Shown here: positions 58,292-64,000 of the stretch, one piece after another
Layout: the number at the start of each line of letters is the position of its first letter
Numbering within the stretch: the stretch's first letter is position 1
DNA from: Minisyncoccota bacterium
GTDB lineage: Bacteria; Patescibacteriota; Microgenomatia; UBA1400; PJMF01
Length of the DNA: 64,000 bases
NCBI GenBank assembly: GCA_012515515.1
Contig: JAAYYE010000011.1
Span: 1,723-65,722 of the forward strand
Direction: 5' to 3'
Program-made: the position numbers and the translations under genes
Notes under the pieces: model-generated
Seen by the model: the letters and a program-made list of their open reading frames with translations, nothing else
Database searches by the model: none
What the model was told of the DNA's origin: nothing

Positions 58292-59857
58292 ATGTCTTTA
58301 ATTAATTTTTCAAACAAATTTAAACAGCGAATAGCCATTTATTTAATTTTTTTTATAGTAGGCGCTTTATACCGCTTTTGGCTTATTAGTAACAATAATG
58401 TGTTGTTTTGGTTTGATCAGGGTCGAGATGCAATTATTGTTAAACAAATGGTGGATGAAAAAGATATTAAAATTCAGGGTCCATCTGCGAGTGGCACAGA
58501 TGATGCTGTTTATCATGGGGTTTTATATTATTATCTAATTGCCCCTCTGTATGCGCTTGCTGAAGGAAACCCCCAGATTGTTTCTGGCTTATTAGGTGTA
58601 ATTAGCATGTTGGCCTTAATACCGATAGGCGAATTAGCTTGGCAGTTGTCGAAGTCAAAATATGCATTTGTTTTAACCTTATTTTTATTTACTTTCTCCA
58701 CCGATAGTGCACAACTAGGCACCTGGCTCTCTAACCCAATGATTGCGCTTATTACTATTCCCGCCTTTTATTATTATTTGTATCGGGTTTTTTGGCAAAA
58801 TAAAACTAATGAAGCTTGGCTATTAGCCTTGTTTTTAGGCCTGTCTCATCAGGCTATTATTTTTGCACTTTATCTTTTCGGAGTCTTAATAATAGCTTGG
58901 TGGTTTAGAAATAATCAGGGTCATAAATTAAGATTTTCCAGAAAAGAACTAATTAGCTCGGGGTTAATTTATCTGGCAAGCATCAGCACTATGCTTGTGA
59001 CTCAATTGCAATTGGCTGTAAGAGGCATTTTTAATCCTTTGTCATTTTTTAATAAACTCAGTTCTACTGGATTAGCTCCATCTGAAATACTTATTGGAAC
59101 AAGTAGTAATTATTTAAAAATTATTACTCAATCGCTTTTTCCAACCATGCCGCTTTTATCAATATTTTTCTTTCTTGGAATAATATGGTTTGTGGTGAAA
59201 AAACTCAGTAAAAAAAACGGATTTTTATTTTTACTATTTTTTCTCGGACCAATCATTTTATTTACTCTACAATATCGAGATTCTTACTATACCTTTATAG
59301 GTGTAGCTCCTTTATTATATGTCTTTGCCGCTTTATTTTTGCTGTTTATCAAGGACAAGCTATATCTAGGTAAATTTATTGTTTTTGTTATCTTAATGTT
59401 ATTTCTTATGACAAATATAAAAGAATTAAGATATTCAAACAAAACCGGTTACCATCCTGTAGCAATTCAGACAGGAACAATACTTAAAGATCAGCTTGAG
59501 TTAATTGATTACACATATCAAGTGGCCTCGTTTGAACCATTTAGCTTTTCCTCATTCACTGCTCCCTACGACTACAATACAACTTGGGCTTATTTATATG
59601 GTTGGTATGGTAACAAAACCTACTCTTATACCCCAAAATTTATTGGTCCGTCTCAAACTGGAATTTTTGGAGGGGATTTGCTAGAGGAAGATAAAATTCC
59701 GGATCAGGGTCCTCATTTTGCTTTATACGAGCCTCTCGGTGGTATTGCAGAACATTTATTAAAAAACTTTGTTGATAGACAAAATGGTTTTTCAATTAAA
59801 CAAAGTGAAAAACTATTCGGTTCAATGGCAGTCGAAGAGAGGTTGGTTTTTAACTAA
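58292..59857 (+). CDS. Polytopic membrane protein, possibly GT-C-fold glycosyltransferase (ArnT/PMT-like)
   Basis: At least 10 TM helices. The first loop is acidic (FDQGRDAIIVKQMVDE). This architecture is common in CPR/Gram-positive surface glycosylation, but the call is weak. Confidence 0.35.
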   Translation: MSLINFSNKFKQRIAIYLIFFIVGALYRFWLISNNNVLFWFDQGRDAIIVKQMVDEKDIKIQGPSASGTDDAVYHGVLYYYLIAPLYALAEGNPQIVSGLLGVISMLALIPIGELAWQLSKSKYAFVLTLFLFTFSTDSAQLGTWLSNPMIALITIPAFYYYLYRVFWQNKTNEAWLLALFLGLSHQAIIFALYLFGVLIIAWWFRNNQGHKLRFSRKELISSGLIYLASISTMLVTQLQLAVRGIFNPLSFFNKLSSTGLAPSEILIGTSSNYLKIITQSLFPTMPLLSIFFFLGIIWFVVKKLSKKNGFLFLLFFLGPIILFTLQYRDSYYTFIGVAPLLYVFAALFLLFIKDKLYLGKFIVFVILMLFLMTNIKELRYSNKTGYHPVAIQTGTILKDQLELIDYTYQVASFEPFSFSSFTAPYDYNTTWAYLYGWYGNKTYSYTPKFIGPSQTGIFGGDLLEEDKIPDQGPHFALYEPLGGIAEHLLKNFVDRQNGFSIKQSEKLFGSMAVEERLVFN

Positions 59858-59926
59858 AATTATTTACCCAATGCTCTAGCTTGATACTTCTAGCTTCGAT
59901 AAAAAACGTTATAATAAGAGTTTTAA

Positions 59927-60009
59927 GGAGGTGTCGCATAGTGGTCAATTGCACACGCTTGGAAAGCGTGAGCCTCACGGCTCCAAGGGTTCGAATCCCT
60001 TCACCTCCG
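59927..60009 (+). tRNA. tRNA-Ser (anticodon GGA), long variable arm
   Basis: Acceptor GGAGGTG/CACCTCC and anticodon loop TTGGAAA. A 14-nt variable arm and TTCGAAT T-loop. Confidence 0.7.
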
Positions 60010-60071
60010 CGTAAGTATCGAAAAGCTTTATCACCCTAGTTAATAGGTGTTTTTTCTCGTATACTAATTAT

Positions 60072-60584
60072 ATGAATCAGGGTTATATAACACTAATTCT
60101 ATGGATTGTCGTTCTCTTTTTTATTAGGTTTGTAATTTATACTTTTAAAGCTTTTACTAAGAAAACAGATTTCCGCTATAAAGCTAAAGGTCCTTACCTA
60201 CTTAGTAAAGGAGAGAAAATATTTTTTGATGCTTTAATGCAATCAGTTCATTCGGATTTATATATCTGTCCCAAGGTGAGAGTTGCTGATTTAATTGAAG
60301 TTGATTTGCCTAAGGGTGATAAGCGTTTTTGGACACTGTTTAATAAAATTTCTAAAAAACATGTAGATTTTGTGTTGTGTAGTCGAGTAGACTTTTCTCC
60401 TCAATTAGTTATTGAGCTTGATGGTGGTAGTCATAACACACGAGCTCGCTCACAAAGAGATATTTTTGTAGATGAAGTTTTTACTCAGGCTGGTATCCCA
60501 ATTTTACACGTGCCTGTGCAGAGTTTTTATGATCAAAACCAGATAATAACTCAAGTTCAAGATGCTTTGGCGAATAATTTTTAA
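60072..60584 (+). CDS. DUF2726-like protein (restriction-endonuclease-like fold), N-terminal TM helix
   Basis: The pattern HVDFVLCSR...LVIELDGGSHN...RDIFVDEVFTQAGIPILHV is typical of DUF2726/NERD-like nuclease-fold proteins. Confidence 0.45.
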   Translation: MNQGYITLILWIVVLFFIRFVIYTFKAFTKKTDFRYKAKGPYLLSKGEKIFFDALMQSVHSDLYICPKVRVADLIEVDLPKGDKRFWTLFNKISKKHVDFVLCSRVDFSPQLVIELDGGSHNTRARSQRDIFVDEVFTQAGIPILHVPVQSFYDQNQIITQVQDALANNF

Positions 60585-61288
60585 TTAAACAAACCCTCAT
60601 CATTGAGCAAGGTTAGATCTATTTTTTTATCGAGAGAGAGTAGGGCGTCTTTCATGCCTACCAACTTGTCTAAAGAGTTCAACTTAATTAAAAATAGAAA
60701 CTCAGCTTGATTATCTTTTTCATCGACTCGCTTTAAATCAATAAAGCTACAATATTGATCTAAAATATTATTGATCTTTTTTAAATCAATTTTGGCATCA
60801 GCTTTAATATTTAAATATAAAACTTCATCAGTTTTAAGGTTTAAAAAGTTAAACTTTTTCGCGATCAGGCTTCTTAGTATAATGACAAGACTAATTAAAA
60901 CAAAAAAGACAATTGCCACTTCCCGTTGACCGGCACCAAAAGCCAAACCCAATGATACCGCTAGAAAAATATATGCTAATTCTTCTGGCTCTTTGATGGC
61001 TGAGCGAAACCTAATAATTGACAAAGCTCCAACCAAACCCAAAGATAGGGCTAAAGATGATCTAATCACAGAAATGATCATCATAGTAATTAATGATAAT
61101 AAAACAAAATTTGCCGCAAATTTTTTACGATTGGATAGAGAATTACCAAATTTTTGATAAATTATTGACAATAAAAAGGAAATTAAAACTAAAATGCCGA
61201 CGTCTAAAATAAACTCATTTAATGAGCCGGTAATTTTACTATCGTCAAAGTAGGAACTTAAAAATTCCAGTTGATTAATTTTTGCCAT
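60581..61288 (-). CDS. DUF4956-like membrane protein
   Basis: TM helices and the segment LSLGLVGALSIIRFRSAIKEPEELAYIF. Confidence 0.4.
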   Translation of the reverse strand: MAKINQLEFLSSYFDDSKITGSLNEFILDVGILVLISFLLSIIYQKFGNSLSNRKKFAANFVLLSLITMMIISVIRSSLALSLGLVGALSIIRFRSAIKEPEELAYIFLAVSLGLAFGAGQREVAIVFFVLISLVIILRSLIAKKFNFLNLKTDEVLYLNIKADAKIDLKKINNILDQYCSFIDLKRVDEKDNQAEFLFLIKLNSLDKLVGMKDALLSLDKKIDLTLLNDEGLFN

Positions 61289-61361
61289 AAGCTTCTTTCT
61301 TTGCTAAGTGTTTATAATAAAGCAAAAAGAGGTGAATAAAAACACCCAAATACATTGCTAG

Positions 61362-62357
61362 CTAAGTATACTCTGACCAGGAACGGAATTTAAAAGGGAA
61401 ATCGATGCTTGTTTGGCCACTCAAAAAATCATATAAAAATTTAAGAAAAAAGAATAATGAAGCAGGAAATATGATAAAAAAATGCTTGATGATTGGCTCT
61501 ATTTTTTTAAATTTTCTTTTCAAAATTTCATAAATAATAAAAGAAAAGCTCCCATAAGCGCCAATAAATAAATATATTTGACCCAAATATTGCACGATCC
61601 CTTGCGTATTATGAATGCTGACTTCATTTTGACTATCAGCGTGTTGCAGAATTAGTTCCGGTGTTTGAAAATTAAAGATTCTTTGTCCCCAGGAGATTTC
61701 ATCGCCTGCTACAAATAATAAGACTAATCCGCCAAACAGGTAGAATAGAAAGTAGAAAGTGTTTTTTTGTTTTTGATGCAACAAGGCCAGTAAGAAGGCT
61801 AAGCCAGCTGAAAATATTACTACAAAAAATTGCAATGTTTCAATCAACTGATCTTCTTTATTAATTTCAATAAAGAAATTTACTGGAAAAGTATAGGTAA
61901 ATAAGCCCATTAATAGAAAAAAGAGAAATAAAGTGCTAATTAAAACATTAATTCTTTTTTTGAACCAATCCCAACAAGTTAATAAGCTTAGCACTGCCCC
62001 CTCAATAAAAAAGAGCACAAAATAGGCATGATTGATATGAAACAAGTTGTAAACATAATTTTCGTAGTGAATGAACTCTAAGTAAGAAAAGCCAAGCATA
62101 AGGATCAAGTTGATCAACAGGAAGGAAATGCTAAATCTTTTTAAAAATTTATTTTTAAAAAATTCTTTATTTTTGAAAAATAATAAAATTAAACTAGCAA
62201 TTAATAAAACGAATAGATACTTTGAATCCAGAAAAAAATGTTTTTTGAAAAAACCAGGATATTTATAACTGTCTAATAAGACAGTTAAATTAACAAAAAT
62301 AAAAAAAACAAAATAAAAAATATTAAAAATTTTTTTATTTATAATTATTTTTTTCAT
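61362..62357 (-). CDS. Polytopic membrane protein, hypothetical
   Basis: Eight to nine predicted TM helices. No motif recognised. Confidence 0.4.
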   Translation of the reverse strand: MKKIIINKKIFNIFYFVFFIFVNLTVLLDSYKYPGFFKKHFFLDSKYLFVLLIASLILLFFKNKEFFKNKFLKRFSISFLLINLILMLGFSYLEFIHYENYVYNLFHINHAYFVLFFIEGAVLSLLTCWDWFKKRINVLISTLFLFFLLMGLFTYTFPVNFFIEINKEDQLIETLQFFVVIFSAGLAFLLALLHQKQKNTFYFLFYLFGGLVLLFVAGDEISWGQRIFNFQTPELILQHADSQNEVSIHNTQGIVQYLGQIYLFIGAYGSFSFIIYEILKRKFKKIEPIIKHFFIIFPASLFFFLKFLYDFLSGQTSIDFPFKFRSWSEYT

Positions 62358-62365
62358 AATTATTA

Positions 62366-64000
62366 TTATTTATAATTAGCAATTAAATTAATATTGGCAT
62401 CAAGTAAAAAATTAATTTTCTCATTGTCCGACTCAATATCACCAGTCCAAGAAACAAATTTACAGCCGGCGCTTGAAATTGCTTCTACATCAATTCTAAC
62501 ATCATTAAAATATTCTCCAACCCAAGGCATTTGTTCTTTATCAATAACAATGCTATTGACCTTAATTGAGCCACAGGCAGGATTATTAGTATTAATGCTT
62601 ATATTGCTCATGCCTGAAAGATTAAAAAACTTGATTGTATGTTCTTTCATATAGATTGGTCGCCAGTAAGCATAGACTTTTAATAGTTCAACATTATTTT
62701 TCCATTCCTCATAAGAGCCTATGCTTTTAATTTTATCAATATTTTCTTGATTATTTATGATTCCTGGCCAAGTTTCTTTATTGTGCCAGCGCTCAATTTG
62801 TCTAGGCATTTCCGAGTCAATTGCGCCTGCCAACTCATCAATTTTTGCTACGACATTTTCATATTTAAAGGATGTATTTAATAAATCAGCGTATTGATTG
62901 ACAAACTCATTAGCAAAGCTGTAGTTATAAAATAAATTTCTAAAGGGGAAGTGGTCATCAACTAAACGATCTTGATAAGGATTGGCTCTGGCAGATCTTT
63001 GCATGTCTTCTTCACTTTGCTTGCCAGCCCCAAATCCTACATCTAAATCAAAAAGTAACCAGCGGAAGCGTCCATCTAAACCATAGGGAGCATTCGGTTC
63101 AAAAGCATTGGTTTCATAGCGCCAAAGTTTAGCGTTACCATAGGGCCAATCAAAATTATTAAAATGTAATTCAGTAATTAAATAATCGCGGTAATTAATT
63201 GGGTCCAGATATTGTTGTAAATTATTTAAGTCGGTGCAACTTTGGCAACTTTTTGTTTGATCAAAAAGTTTGTTATAAAGCTCAACGCCCCCGGTGTCTT
63301 TTCCCTCATCTAGTTTTATGCGACCGCGATCAACGCCAACATCATGAGGCACATAATAAATATTGACGCGTTTTGCATCGGCACCGTAGTGGTTGCTGAA
63401 ATAGTCTTGGTCATATCTTTCACGAATGTCATATAAACCCCAATATTGACCATTTAAATAGAGAACTGCTGGGCGATAGTCTTGTAAATCAACTGTTAAA
63501 TTAGCGTCTTCAACGATTTCTTGCATCAAGGCATCTCTTAAATGGGTATGACTCCAATCACCACCAGCATTTCTTAAAATAAAAGAATTAAAATTCTGTA
63601 CTTTGCCATCAGGAAATAAGGGGTACTTAAGAGTTTGATTATTTTCCTTATTAGTAATTAAAATCCGAAAAGATTTTTGCGGCAGTCCTCGTGTTCCACC
63701 ACCATGAATTCTAATCCCTACTTCTCGAGAAAATCCGCGTGTTCCATCTTCTTCATAAAAATTTATTACCCCATTTCTTTCCCACTCCTTACCCTTTTTT
63801 GCATAATTTTTTTCCGTATAGATGCCAATTTCTTCATCCCACAAATTAACTGGGTCTGTGGATAAAGAAATTACTGCTAGATCGTGCTGGGTATTAATAA
63901 ACACATCATGGGTTTGCACTGCCCCCAGCTGTTTGCCTTTTTTATAAAGGACAAATTTTAAAGTAGTGCTTTCCTTGATTTCAATGGGATTTTGGTATTT
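62366..64000 (-). CDS. CotH-family (spore-coat protein H-like kinase) protein, 5' end beyond window
   Basis: Core segments GIRIHGGGTRGLPQKSFRI ... PAVLYLNGQYWGLYDIRERYD. The reading frame stays open through 64000, so the N-terminus lies outside the window. Confidence 0.6.
   Translation of the reverse strand, partial: KYQNPIEIKESTTLKFVLYKKGKQLGAVQTHDVFINTQHDLAVISLSTDPVNLWDEEIGIYTEKNYAKKGKEWERNGVINFYEEDGTRGFSREVGIRIHGGGTRGLPQKSFRILITNKENNQTLKYPLFPDGKVQNFNSFILRNAGGDWSHTHLRDALMQEIVEDANLTVDLQDYRPAVLYLNGQYWGLYDIRERYDQDYFSNHYGADAKRVNIYYVPHDVGVDRGRIKLDEGKDTGGVELYNKLFDQTKSCQSCTDLNNLQQYLDPINYRDYLITELHFNNFDWPYGNAKLWRYETNAFEPNAPYGLDGRFRWLLFDLDVGFGAGKQSEEDMQRSARANPYQDRLVDDHFPFRNLFYNYSFANEFVNQYADLLNTSFKYENVVAKIDELAGAIDSEMPRQIERWHNKETWPGIINNQENIDKIKSIGSYEEWKNNVELLKVYAYWRPIYMKEHTIKFFNLSGMSNISINTNNPACGSIKVNSIVIDKEQMPWVGEYFNDVRIDVEAISSAGCKFVSWTGDIESDNEKINFLLDANINLIANYK

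Noticed and set aside
1-64000. Alternative genetic code (CPR-type UGA recoding)
   Set aside because: Long genes with recognisable domains are intact and end sensibly under the standard code. No conserved protein requires read-through of a stop codon to complete a domain. The giant-adhesin read-through is a missing stop, not a stop that has to be recoded.
1-64000. Mobile genetic elements (IS elements, integrase, prophage)
   Set aside because: No transposase, integrase, recombinase or phage structural motifs were recognised in any frame. The helicase at 49146 looks like a housekeeping RecD/Dda-type enzyme in a conserved context (queA, rluB, typA, rarA).

Overview
This 64-kb window is gene-dense and low-GC (roughly 35-40% by eye, with a few GC-rich patches), and appears to use the standard genetic code. 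It looks like a small-genome Gram-positive-type or Patescibacteria/CPR-like bacterium. That inference rests on gene content: sortase with an LPxTG substrate, GH130 pairs, a GT-C-like membrane glycosyltransferase, many giant surface proteins, and few metabolic genes. I recognised these housekeeping genes: lexA, a HisC-family aminotransferase, a ZIP zinc transporter, a NUDIX hydrolase, queA, a RecD/Dda-like helicase, an RsuA/RluB-family pseudouridine synthase, a HAD hydrolase, typA/bipA, rarA, a 1-Cys peroxiredoxin, a Ca-type P-type ATPase, an MsbA-like ABC exporter, an alpha-oxoamine synthase, an LCP-family protein, a patatin, an AlkD-like protein, and three tRNAs (Arg, Ser, Ser). The accessory content is unusual in five ways. 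(1) At the left edge, lexA is translationally coupled to a Type II restriction-modification pair (MTase, then a REase that is partial at the window edge), with a palindromic operator overlapping the -35 box. (2) At 5.9-8.9 kb there is a compositionally odd patch of hypothetical genes, with a near-consensus extended -10 promoter driving an apparently leaderless ORF, and 23-bp direct repeats. (3) At 12.6-20.4 kb there is a cluster of secreted, membrane and repeat proteins. Two of them lie behind a shared ~58-bp upstream element, and two adjacent signal-peptide-less proteins carry a shared N-terminal IPG..P..D.DRP motif. The cluster ends in a fused M23 peptidase / lytic transglycosylase. (4) A Delta-60-repeat surface protein has a C9 tract in its promoter, followed by two tandem GH130-like paralogs. 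(5) At 29.1-37.3 kb there is a ~2,500-aa acidic DUF11/CnaB-repeat adhesin. Its LPATG sorting signal, hydrophobic stretch and RKRR tail are internal: the frame reads through, with no stop, into a second module (RBS, ATG, signal peptide, FN3-like domains, TM anchor). That module is immediately overlapped by a sortase gene. No CRISPR array, transposase or integrase was recognised. Coordinates derived by hand, rather than from the ORF track, may be off by 1-2 nt. All functional calls are from motif recognition by eye and were not checked against a database.
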